The notes below the pieces were generated by a model. The model did not search any database, had not been told where the DNA came from, and saw only the letters and a program-made list of their open reading frames with translations. From Candidatus Bipolaricaulota bacterium (GTDB lineage Bacteria; Bipolaricaulota; Bipolaricaulia; M55B111): a DNA stretch of 64,000 nucleotides. The DNA is taken from NCBI GenBank assembly GCA_021735245.1, contig JAIPHJ010000008.1:10-64009 (forward strand), written 5' to 3'. Shown one piece after another: positions 29,975 through 39,158 of the stretch. The number at the start of each line of letters is the position of its first letter. Position 1 is the stretch's first letter. A program made the position numbers and the translations under genes.

Positions 29975-30481
29975 TTAAGTCTGCCCGGGTGTCTCGGACT
30001 CCTGTTGTCTGGCCTTTCCTAATCCAGGTCTCGCGACCGTTACTACTTCGTGGCTGAATCCTTTTTCCTCGAGGACCGTCTCCATTTCCTCCAGGAAGGG
30101 GGTAATCAGGCTTTCAGTTCCGCTGAGTTCTATCTCGAAGCCCGGTTGCTCCCTGGCTATTACCTTAAACGTGGACTTTCTCGAGAGGAAACCGCTTTTA
30201 GCTTGCTCTAACTCTTTGCCTTCCTCGTCCAGTTTCTGAATATTGGCTTCGTAAATCCACCGTCCACCAGCTTTGTAAGCCTGGTCCCTATCGAGCTTAT
30301 CTGCCCTGACTGGATTGTTTTTGTTGTACTTTTCTATAGTTTCGTTGATTACCTCGTAAAAATCTTCCAGAAAGTCGTCCATACTCCCGTAATTTTTCTC
30401 CAGTCTGCACAAAAAGCGAACTATACTATCTCTTGTTTCTTCTTCTTTTTTTCCAGAGGAGAGCCAGTCCATAATACCCAT
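29975..30481 (-). CDS. Hypothetical protein
   Basis: 168-aa ORF with GAGGTGA ribosome-binding site; composition typical of this genome. Confidence 0.65.
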   Translation of the reverse strand: MGIMDWLSSGKKEEETRDSIVRFLCRLEKNYGSMDDFLEDFYEVINETIEKYNKNNPVRADKLDRDQAYKAGGRWIYEANIQKLDEEGKELEQAKSGFLSRKSTFKVIAREQPGFEIELSGTESLITPFLEEMETVLEEKGFSHEVVTVARPGLGKARQQESETPGQT

Positions 30482-30989
30482 CTGAAATCACCTCAATATA
30501 AATATTTACCAGTATACAATATAGCCCGGGAAGCCGAGGAAACCAAAAAATTAACAAATCGGTGCACTTTAAGAATTTATCTACTCTGGGTAACTTTCCA
30601 TTTTGATTGCACTATTTAGTTTATACTCCAGGGAGGATAATATCAATTTTGCCATTTGCATTATCCCGGAACTACTGGTCCGCCCTGAACCCGGCTCGGA
30701 AGGTCTATCGCAGGATCACGAACCTCTCGAGCAAAACTGATCATCCATCTCGATCTTTGGCTGGATTACTCTGATAACCGGATAAATCGGTCCGGCCCTT
30801 TCCTGATGTCTTGGGACGATAATGTCTAAAATGCATCATTCTAGGTATAATAAATAATGGTAGCAATTGGTGACAAATTGAAAAAGATTAAGATCTTTGA
30901 CAGTCCGGGATGAAAGCGTCTGACAAGGTGGCTGACGGCGACACAGAGTCGCCAAAAATCAAACCTTTGCAACTCATGGGAGCATCTAT

Positions 30990-31050
30990 AAAGGCAAACC
31001 GGGGGGGACCCGGGGCGCAAAGCTACGGCCTCTAAGAGTGAATACGAGAA
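30990..31050 (+). promoter_or_regulatory. Partial c-di-GMP-I (GEMM-I) aptamer, 5' copy
   Basis: GGCAAACC-GGG-GGGA-CCC-GG-GGCGCAAAGCTACGGCCTCTAA; the canonical 3' strand (AGC.GGGTTRCC) is missing. Confidence 0.65.
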
Positions 31051-31209
31051 AGGCACACCCACGGGCAACCTGGGGTCGCAAAACCACGGGTCCGTCCTGG
31101 TTCGCTGGTTCTCTGAGTTTATTGGGTTCGTTGAATTGATATAGCAATCAATTCGATAAACCCTTAACCCGACGAACTGAGAATGGATAGCCGGGTTGCC
31201 GTGGCTCTT
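31034..31209 (+). promoter_or_regulatory. c-di-GMP-I (GEMM-I) riboswitch aptamer with about 90-nt hairpin insertion in P3
   Basis: GGCACACCCACGG-GCAA-CCTGGGGTCGCAAAACCACGGGTCCGT ... ATGGATAGCCGGGTTGCCG; P1 AAGAG..TACG / CGTG.CTCTT. Confidence 0.78.
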
Positions 31210-31258
31210 AGTGGTGGACGAGCTGCTGGATGCTCAACATCGCTAGGAGGTGCTTTCC

Positions 31259-31687
31259 ATGAGGAAACCATTTATCGTAGCGTTGGTGGTAATTTTAGCA
31301 AGCACCTTATCCATAGCCGGTTTTGCCGCAGAGGATACCGCTGAAGCATATGCCAGCTTTAACGTAAATTCGACACTTTCCCTGCCCGTAATAAATGGAC
31401 AGGTAGTAGACTTTGGTGCTGTAACACCCGGGGAATCCTACGAGAAAAAAGGCGGTACCAAATTGAAAGTATCAGCTAACAGGGATTTAAGCTGGGTTAT
31501 TACGACAAGCAAATCGAGCACGACATTGGGAGAGAACGAAATGGATGCCCTGGTGGTCGAACTTGGAACGGTTAGTGGTACAGGTAGGGATAATAATATC
31601 AAGGTGGATTACATTTTGAACGTTCCGGAAGAGATGCCTTCCGGTAACCACACCGTTACAGTCACTTTTACCGCGTCAGCGGATTAA
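31259..31687 (+). CDS. Small secreted beta-rich protein, pilin/spore-coat-U/WxL-like
   Basis: AGGAGG before ATG 31259; signal peptide ending AGFA; VDFG, V.AN..W, and C-terminal G.HTVTVTFTAS strand. Confidence 0.7.
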   Translation: MRKPFIVALVVILASTLSIAGFAAEDTAEAYASFNVNSTLSLPVINGQVVDFGAVTPGESYEKKGGTKLKVSANRDLSWVITTSKSSTTLGENEMDALVVELGTVSGTGRDNNIKVDYILNVPEEMPSGNHTVTVTFTASAD

Positions 31688-31729
31688 GTGCTTGTTAAAA
31701 ATTACCAGAATTTCAGAACGGTGAGTGCC

Positions 31730-31757
31730 AGGCGGGAGGGTAACCTCTCGCCTTTTT
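31730..31757 (+). terminator. Rho-independent terminator
   Basis: AGGCGGGAGG-GTAA-CCTCTCGCCT-TTTT. Confidence 0.75.
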
Positions 31758-31810
31758 AATTTTTTCCCGGCCTCAATTTAAATCCTTTCAGTTGCCAGTA
31801 TTTCCGGAGA

Positions 31811-32075
31811 GTCAAGAACCCCGCCCCAAAGGACGGGGCTTGTAGAAAAATAATTGGATACAAACTTAGATTTGAAAAACGAGAATTGACCCAGCACTCA
31901 GTTGAGGAGACTAATTTGGTTGAAACTAAAGTACGAATATCACGGTTACCGTAGCACAATTTGATAAGATCACAATCCCCTGACCAATTATCTTATCTCA
32001 ACTGAGTGCTGGACAAACACCAGCCGATTCAGCCCCGCAGCAAGCCACGGGGCTTTCTCGGCAAGTGATGGTAAA
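31811..32075 (+). mobile_element. Complete non-autonomous element (type A end, internal 16-bp inverted repeat, type B end; about 265 bp)
   Basis: GTCAAGAACCCCGCCCCAAAGGACGGGGCTTGTAG..TTGAC; CCAGCACTCAGTTGAG 31891-31906 / CTCAACTGAGTGCTGG 31997-32012; ACCAGCCGATTC..CTCGGCAAGTGATGGTAA. Confidence 0.72.
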
Positions 32076-32133
32076 TTTTTCAGTAAACTGATTTTTAAAT
32101 ACCTCAAATTATCTCCACCAGGGTGAACTTCCA

Positions 32134-32496
32134 ATGGAAGGTTCAAATTATGACATCGCCTCGGCTTACGACGGTTCCAGGGACGAATTCCTTTCCCTTG
32201 CCTTCGATTGTACCAGGATGGTTACCCAGCTAAGCCAGGGAGCCAAACTGGAAAGCCAGGGGAACCACGAGTCGGCCATGTCCCTCCTCGAAAACGTAGA
32301 AACCCGTATCGACACCTGGATCGAGAAGCTGGAAGATCTGGATACCGAAGGGGTCGATAAAAAAGAACTATTTCGGGACCTGGAGGGAGCCCGGGAAGCG
32401 ATCAGGGTTGATTCATTCGAATAGTCCCGGGAATTGCGAGAGCATTACTACCTAAAAGACCGGCTCTCCGGGGAAGATCTCCGTCTCTTCTCATGA
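32134..32496 (+). pseudogene. Helical hypothetical protein fragment with probable premature TAG
   Basis: 96-aa ORF with no obvious RBS; the frame continues past TAG as SRELREHYYLKDRLSGEDLRLFS; lies between two hairpin elements. Confidence 0.45.
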
Positions 32497-32579
32497 TGGT
32501 GAGTCTGGTCAAATACGTAAATACAGGTACCTGTATTCAAGATCTTCAGACAGAAAGTATAATTATTTACAGGAACTTC

Positions 32580-32677
32580 GCCCGATTGCCAGATGGGTCT
32601 CGTGTTTTTGAAGGAAGTAGTTGTTGTTTATAAAGGGATTTTTCTACAAGCCCCACCCGGAAGGCGGGGTAATTGAC
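32580..32677 (-). mobile_element. Type A left-end hairpin element
   Basis: Minus strand GTCAATTACCCCGCCTTCCGGGTGGGGCTTGTAGAAAAATCCC..GACCCATCTGGCAATCGG. Confidence 0.68.
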
Positions 32678-32839
32678 TGAAAATCCCTGTTTCATTTTGG
32701 AAAGTTCCCTTCCCTGCTCGATCGTTTTGTTATTTTTTGGATCTTTTTGGCTTGCTTACTTTTCCGCCTGAGTTCCGGTTAAGATGGGTGGGTGTAAAAG
32801 CTTGGTGGGTTAAAAAACTATGAATTTTTGGGTGAGGAT

Positions 32840-32995
32840 TTAAGCAGCGGAAATGGTATAGATTAAACTTGCCTGATAGTTCCCTTCCACGTATTCGTCC
32901 TCGTCGTAATTTACTTTGTAGTCGACTCTGAAATTGTATTTGCCTGCTTGGCCAGGGGGCAGTACTAATTTCGACGAACTGGCCGGTAGAGTGTC
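32840..32995 (-). pseudogene. 3' remnant of a paralog of the 31259 secreted protein (absent from the ORF track)
   Basis: Manual translation ..GQAGKYNFRVDYKVNYDEDEYVEGNYQASLIYTISAA* aligns to GTGRDNNIKVDYILNVPEEMPSGNHTVTVTFTASAD*; no start codon. Confidence 0.62.
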
Positions 32996-33138
32996 GTTCC
33001 TACAAATTGAATTTTCGGAGGTCTTTTGCTATAGTAATTAAAACAATGCCTTTATCTATATAGTTCTTCTTCTAATTGATCCGAGGGAATTTAGTAAATT
33101 AAGGATACACCAAACTTTATATTTTAGATGTCGTAAAC

Positions 33139-36100
33139 ATGGGACATACTATTTTTAAAGAGAGCGTCCGGGTCACTCCGGGCAAACTGATATTGGTAAT
33201 CTTTGCGGTATTAACTTTCCTGTTTATCTCTTCTTCAACTATACTGGCGGATGACGGTCCACCCTGGGTGGGGACTACTCTCGACGACCTATCATACACG
33301 GAACAGGAGGGGTGGAAGGGCCTGGATGCGGAAGTGACTGTGACCTCGGATACAAACGACTTCACCGACGGGTACGTCGAGGTGGAGATAGCTGACGGAA
33401 CCCGGTTCGACGAGCTACAGTTGGTGGACGGGACGGACCTGAGTGTTGACGGGAATGTAGTTTACTGGAATGGCGATCGGGTAGGCTCGATCGACAATAC
33501 CTACGACGGTTCGAACGGAAGACTCCGAATTAATTTTAGCGCTGCGGCCCCGCTTGAAAATTCTGGTTTCGAGTCGGGTGACCTATCCGGCTGGACGGTT
33601 AATACAGTCGGGAACAGTATGAGAGGACAGACATGGGCGGAGGGCCCTGACGTCCTGGGATTTACCGGTGATTCTGACCCCAGATATGATGACCAGATTT
33701 CGGGCTCAGGGGTTACGGACGTTAATTCCGGCGCGGCCTACGAAGGGGAATACGGGCTGGAGCTTGAAATTACCGGTGATGTTGGTGCCGCTTACGGTAC
33801 CGGTCACACCCCGTCTGTAACGAGCTCGACGTTTACCGCCGAGTCAGGTGATAGCCTGACCGTGAGGTGGAAGGCTTCCCAGACGAATGACTACTACGAT
33901 GTTTTTGGTTTCCTGTTCTCTGATTCCGACGGCGACGGAAAGATGGCCAATGAGAATTACCAACTTCTCTTTCACGAGATCGGCTCGGACACCGGCGGAT
34001 GGCAAAGCTTAACCACCTCTCTCACGATAGGGGGAGACAATCTCCGATTTAAGTTTCTGAACGGGGGCTACGACCGGTCCGGTAACATGGTCGTCGGGTC
34101 TTATCTCTGCATAGACGAGATAAAACTCCAGATTTCAAATACTACCACCGCCACTGAGGCAGTAGTTCAGTCCGTAATAGAACATTTGGAGTACAGAAAT
34201 ACCTCCGATAACCCCGGGGACGTAAAAAATTACGACCTAAACTTCAGAGAAAGCGACGGAGGGTTAGGGTATAACTCTGCCCGGATAGACATCTCTCCGG
34301 AAAACGATCCACCAACCGGGGTAAGTTTGAGCGGCAACTCTGTGGACGAAAATACTCCGCCCGGGAATATCGTGGGGACTCTTTCGACGACTGATCCGGA
34401 CGATTCAAGTTTCACGTATAGCTTAATCGGCGGCGACACCGGGTCTTTCAGGATCAACGACGTCCAGCTTGAGACCGCCAGAGAGTTCGATTACGAATCT
34501 CAAACGACCTATACCGTTCAGGTACAGTCCGATGACGGGAACGGCGGTACGTACGATCGGACGTTCACCATCTCCGTTAATGATGTCAACGATAAACCGA
34601 TTGCCGACGCCGGGCCCAGCAAGATAATTAGCCTTCACGAGACAGCTATCCTCGATGGGTCCAGCTCAGTAGATAAGGATGGCGATTCGCTTAGTTTCAG
34701 CTGGAGCCTTGTTCAGAAACCGTCGGACCTTTCGATCCCCGTTACCGTTCAGGATAACCTATCAAATCCTAACGCTTCCAGGGCCGAGTTCTTTCCTACA
34801 GGTAAGGGAGAAAATACGCGAGGCATTTACCGGTTTGAACTTGCTGTCTCGGACGGTAACGGAAATTCGGATACCGACGAACTTCAAATAACGGTAACCG
34901 GCTCACCGAAAGATATAAAAGGCGACAGCCTGACTTCGAAAGGGGTTGAGGGTCCCGATCCCGGACCTGCCGACTTCACTGAAGAAGCGGATCTCAAAGT
35001 CGACTTAAAAAACGTGAACTCCGGCACCCGGGGACTAATAGGTGGGTTTCAATACGATGAGGCGTACTTTCCTGAAGACAAAAGGTTTCCCGGCCCTGCA
35101 GTAAAATACGCCGACGTAAAAGCAATAGAGGTAAATTCCGGCAATGCACGGATCAGCGTACATTATACGGATCAGGAGGTATCTCAATTTATCGAGGAGG
35201 GACTAAAGCTCTACGTCTATTACGACGGGAGCTGGTCCGAGGCAGATAATATAAATGTGGATACTTCCGACAACGTCGTACAGGGTGACGTAGCCGTTTC
35301 AAAACTCACCGGAAGCCCGATAACTGTCTCGGGGAACCAATCACCCCGCGCCGATTTCGCCTACGAACCATCCGAACCCGAAGTTAACGAGACAATAAAC
35401 TTTTACGGGGCCCTCTCCTCGGATTCGGACGGCTCTATAAGCACTTACAGGTGGGACTGGACGAACGACGGAAGGTACGATACTACTGCTTCTGCCCCTA
35501 CCAGCACGCATTCGTTCCCGGATTACGACATCTATACCGTCAAACTGCAGGTCGTTGACGACGACGGGGGGACCGCGACCTTCACAAAAGAAGTTAACGT
35601 AGGTAAAAACACGAAGGAAGGGAAAGACGTTGACGTCCAGTTCGATAGTTTATCCTACAATTGTGGGTCCCTGAAAGGAGTTAAGTTAACGTTCAGCGAG
35701 GTAACCAGCACCGGCTCCACGGAAGTAAGGGTAAGTGACGAACCGTCATTTGCTCAGCCGTCCGGCATTACTTTCCTGGATTGTTTTTACAGGATAGAAA
35801 CTACCGCTGGTTTCAAGGGCCCGGTAGGGATCGAGATGGACTACGACGACTCGTCATTGACCGAAACTCAGGAGAAAAACCTGAAATTGTTTAAATTGAC
35901 CGAAGACGAAGGATGCCAGGCTATTACCGAATCACTTGACCCTGAAAAGAATGTAGTCAGCGGGAAGTCAGGTGGTTTTTCCTACTTTTCTCTCGGTTAC
36001 GGCACAGGCACCTTGCCGGGTGAAGATTTGATTAACCACGGCCCAAACCCCGTCCCGGACGAGGGCTGTGACTTCTGGCTTGACCTACCGGAGGAAGCAA

Positions 36101-36339
36101 GCGGGGCGACACTTAGAATCTATGACGTAGACGGTAAGCCACTTTACGAAGTGGACCTGGATGCAAACCAGAGCAGGTATCCCTCCACCGGCAGGTGGAA
36201 CCCGCAAGACGAAAACGGAAGTAAATTGGATACCGGCGTTTACATATATCGGGTGAGAGTCAAAGGAGATAATGGTTCCGATAGATGGTCGGAGGTGCAC
36301 AGGCTGGTGCTGGATAGGTCGGACCCCTCTCAGGGATGA
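33139..36339 (+). CDS. Large secreted surface/adhesin protein: CBM-like, cadherin, PKD domains and C-terminal FlgD-Ig/T9SS-CTD-like domain
   Basis: Signal peptide; NSGFESGDLSGW; ENDPPT..VDEN..DPD..DYE..VNDVND; PIADAG; NQSPRADF..DSDG..WDW..VVDDDG; GPNP..LRIYD..G..W..D..G..L..GVYIYR. Confidence 0.82.
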   Translation: MGHTIFKESVRVTPGKLILVIFAVLTFLFISSSTILADDGPPWVGTTLDDLSYTEQEGWKGLDAEVTVTSDTNDFTDGYVEVEIADGTRFDELQLVDGTDLSVDGNVVYWNGDRVGSIDNTYDGSNGRLRINFSAAAPLENSGFESGDLSGWTVNTVGNSMRGQTWAEGPDVLGFTGDSDPRYDDQISGSGVTDVNSGAAYEGEYGLELEITGDVGAAYGTGHTPSVTSSTFTAESGDSLTVRWKASQTNDYYDVFGFLFSDSDGDGKMANENYQLLFHEIGSDTGGWQSLTTSLTIGGDNLRFKFLNGGYDRSGNMVVGSYLCIDEIKLQISNTTTATEAVVQSVIEHLEYRNTSDNPGDVKNYDLNFRESDGGLGYNSARIDISPENDPPTGVSLSGNSVDENTPPGNIVGTLSTTDPDDSSFTYSLIGGDTGSFRINDVQLETAREFDYESQTTYTVQVQSDDGNGGTYDRTFTISVNDVNDKPIADAGPSKIISLHETAILDGSSSVDKDGDSLSFSWSLVQKPSDLSIPVTVQDNLSNPNASRAEFFPTGKGENTRGIYRFELAVSDGNGNSDTDELQITVTGSPKDIKGDSLTSKGVEGPDPGPADFTEEADLKVDLKNVNSGTRGLIGGFQYDEAYFPEDKRFPGPAVKYADVKAIEVNSGNARISVHYTDQEVSQFIEEGLKLYVYYDGSWSEADNINVDTSDNVVQGDVAVSKLTGSPITVSGNQSPRADFAYEPSEPEVNETINFYGALSSDSDGSISTYRWDWTNDGRYDTTASAPTSTHSFPDYDIYTVKLQVVDDDGGTATFTKEVNVGKNTKEGKDVDVQFDSLSYNCGSLKGVKLTFSEVTSTGSTEVRVSDEPSFAQPSGITFLDCFYRIETTAGFKGPVGIEMDYDDSSLTETQEKNLKLFKLTEDEGCQAITESLDPEKNVVSGKSGGFSYFSLGYGTGTLPGEDLINHGPNPVPDEGCDFWLDLPEEASGATLRIYDVDGKPLYEVDLDANQSRYPSTGRWNPQDENGSKLDTGVYIYRVRVKGDNGSDRWSEVHRLVLDRSDPSQG

Positions 36340-36360
36340 AAATTAGACCAGCTCCTAACC

Positions 36361-36906
36361 TTACAGGAAATAAGCGAAGTAAGCGACGGAGGCCAAAGCA
36401 AACACTTTGGCAACTTTTGCGAATATAATAACTGCGAGGCCGAACCTAATCTTCAGCGCTTCGACTGCAAATAACGCCGCTCCCGTCATGAGAGTGCCCA
36501 GGAAGGGAATGGGAAAAAACGACAGACCGAAAACCGTCAGGTAGTCGTACCCGTACGTGTCGATGAGTTTAGAAATCAACTTACCCCTCTTTTCCTCTGA
36601 TTTCAAAAGGGACAAAGAACTACTTCCAGAGTCTTCCGAGAGGTTATTCACCCTGTCTAAATGCCGTTTAAACCAGGGGAATTTTAACTGAAGGTAGGCC
36701 CTAAAACGTTTTATTTTCTTGTCTGGTATGAGTAAGTTGATCGGTACGTAGAGTACAAATAGTCCCCAGAGGTTGATTCCAAGCGCCACGGACAGGGAAA
36801 AGATCATTGCCTCGTGGTTCAGGAAGCGGCGAAACAGTATCTGGTCGGAAGTTAGCCACCACTGAAAAAACATATTCGCCACGTAAACTGACTTTTCTAC
36901 GAACAT
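36361..36906 (-). CDS. Hypothetical membrane protein
   Basis: Three to four hydrophobic segments; GAGG RBS. Confidence 0.6.
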   Translation of the reverse strand: MFVEKSVYVANMFFQWWLTSDQILFRRFLNHEAMIFSLSVALGINLWGLFVLYVPINLLIPDKKIKRFRAYLQLKFPWFKRHLDRVNNLSEDSGSSSLSLLKSEEKRGKLISKLIDTYGYDYLTVFGLSFFPIPFLGTLMTGAALFAVEALKIRFGLAVIIFAKVAKVFALASVAYFAYFL

Positions 36907-37197
36907 TGCAATCCTCTGGTCAGCGAACTCCAGGATTTACGGCCACACCCACTTAAGCTTTTCACCGAAATTCTAGCAGGTTTTAGCGCGGGTTTTGAGG
37001 GGAATTTTAAAATTGTCGAGGGACTGGGTGAAGTGAGCAGGGTAGCGAGCTTCTCCACCAGGGGGAACGGCGACGGTAAGAGCCGCCTTCGGCCGGACTT
37101 ACGGAGCGGGTAATCGTGACGGGGGGCAACCTAACACGTTCCAGCTAGTTAGAAAAACACGGAGTAGTTCCGGGGATCGGTCAAAAGTTTACTGGTG

Positions 37198-38148
37198 TCA
37201 GAAAAAACCGATGACTTCGAAACCTTTGTAAAGCCCAAAGGCAAATAGTGCGGCCGCCGTGGGAGACGCGATCCAGCCTATTACGATTTTCGTTATCTTC
37301 CTCAGACTAACTGTTTTAGCTCCCTTGACTAACCCTACTCCTATTACTGCTCCCACGATTGCCTGTGAGGTGGAAACGGGAATACCGACGCTGGCAAAGA
37401 AGTTGACGGCACCGGCAGCGGATAGCTGGGCCGCCACAGCCGAAAGGGGGTCCAGGCTCGTTATTCCCTTGCCTACTGTTTCAGTTACCTTTTTCCCGTA
37501 AGTAAGCGTTCCTGCTGAAACGGCTACTCCGGCCAGCAACGCCAGCCAGGTCTTATCAATACCCAGGGCTGCCAGAGGACCTACGGAGGTCCCTACTGTA
37601 TTTGCACCAAGCGAAAACGCTACGTAGCCTCCGGAAGCTATAACCAGATAGCTCAATATTCTGTCCCATAAAAACACCAGTCTTACGCGCTTCAGGAAAA
37701 ATGCCAGGAGGTGATAGAGAAAAAAACTGATAAGGGCGGTCATAGGGGGATTTAATACCCAGACTTCTACTATAGTGACCACCTGACCTATATTAACTTT
37801 ACTTCCCATGCCAAGAGCAGCCCCTATAACACCGCCAACGATGGCCTGAGAAGTAGAAACGGGAACCTTGAAAAATGTTGCTGCGGTGACGAAGATGCCG
37901 GCGGATAACATGGCGATAAATACTGCTTTCATGTTGAGGGGGCTTACTGCTACGCTCTTCCCGATAGTTTCCATAACCTGGTGACTCTGGAATAAAGCTC
38001 CCAGGACGACAAATATTGCCACCAGATAGACCATCTTACGGTAGGATATTAGGCCGGATCCCACCGGTATTCCCATGCAATTGGCCGTATCGTTTGCTCC
38101 AATGTTCCAACCGACGTAGACGCCAACCAGGAGTAGTAAAATCAGCAT
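37198..38148 (-). CDS. PiT-family inorganic phosphate/anion transporter
   Basis: IGANDTAN; PVSTSQA twice; LGANTVG. Confidence 0.9.
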   Translation of the reverse strand: MLILLLLVGVYVGWNIGANDTANCMGIPVGSGLISYRKMVYLVAIFVVLGALFQSHQVMETIGKSVAVSPLNMKAVFIAMLSAGIFVTAATFFKVPVSTSQAIVGGVIGAALGMGSKVNIGQVVTIVEVWVLNPPMTALISFFLYHLLAFFLKRVRLVFLWDRILSYLVIASGGYVAFSLGANTVGTSVGPLAALGIDKTWLALLAGVAVSAGTLTYGKKVTETVGKGITSLDPLSAVAAQLSAAGAVNFFASVGIPVSTSQAIVGAVIGVGLVKGAKTVSLRKITKIVIGWIASPTAAALFAFGLYKGFEVIGFF

Positions 38149-38995
38149 AATATCAACTATTAATTATTTTTTTCGTACGTCTCCGATTTTCGGATATCCG
38201 TTTTGGTCAAGGTTTATTAAACCCTTAAAGTAAATGTAAGTATAAGCAATTATGTAGTACGTGTTCCAACCCTCCAACCCAGTCGGTATGTAAACCCGGA
38301 TAATTGGTTCATAAAAGTGGTAACCGGAGTCCCCACGCTACAGTTGCTCAGAAAATAACGCAGTATATATACAACTATGATTTAAATATACTACAATAAA
38401 GATAGAAGTCAATAAACTAGTTACGTTAATCAACTCAGAGCTGGTTAGGGATATTAGCACATCGAACCAGATTAAATTTTCAGATCTGAATCGAGGGGTT
38501 TTAGCACGTAAGTTCGAAGGGAAAGGGTAAGGGTATTTTACAGGCGAGATTTGGTCCAGCACCCGGATGAGCTCCGGGACCTGGCTCGTGATCTTTGACT
38601 TTGCTCCGGTATAGTCTGCCCCAATCGTTCAGTGGTAGATTACATAAGCTTGAGTCTAAAATATCTATAGGTCCGTAGCAGGACTGGAAACCTATCGAGG
38701 GAAGGATGCTCTCCAGGCCACGGAAGAAACAAGATACCACTTACCGCGGGGACAAAGGCGGCTTAAATATTGACCCGTTGACCGGCTTTTCCGGTCAGGG
38801 CTGGATGTCAGGAATCGCTAACTGGATTTTGTGAATGATCATTCCGTCGGGAGTTATCTCTAAGGTCTCTAAGTTACTGAAGTATCACAAGCAGGGAACG
38901 TATTTCCGACTCCACAGGGTCATGAGGTATTGGAAAAAAGCCATGTATTCATTTAAATACAATGTACACTACCTGTAGATCTAGCAGAGTTGTTG

Positions 38996-39030
38996 GCTGG
39001 CCAGGTAGATTTAGTACTATCTGGCCAGCT
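38996..39030. terminator. GC-rich stem-loop
   Basis: GCTGGCCAG.TAG..CTA.CTGGCCAGC. Confidence 0.45.
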
Positions 39031-39158
39031 CTATTACCCTTTTCTACAGTTTTGGCGAGTTTTTACCGTTGTCTGACTAGTACCTTATGCCTCCTCGGTT
39101 TCCCGGCAGGTGGTAATCCGCCGGGCTTTTAACCGGACAGATTTGTGCCTCGAAAACT

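Noticed and set aside
30901-30975. Possible c-di-GMP-II riboswitch (GATGAA..TGCAAC)
   Set aside because: The GGGCAC/GTGC pseudoknot is missing; kept only as an unclassified structure
32422-32424. TAG read-through (pyrrolysine) in the 32134 ORF
   Set aside because: No pyl genes or supporting context in the window; simple pseudogenisation is more likely
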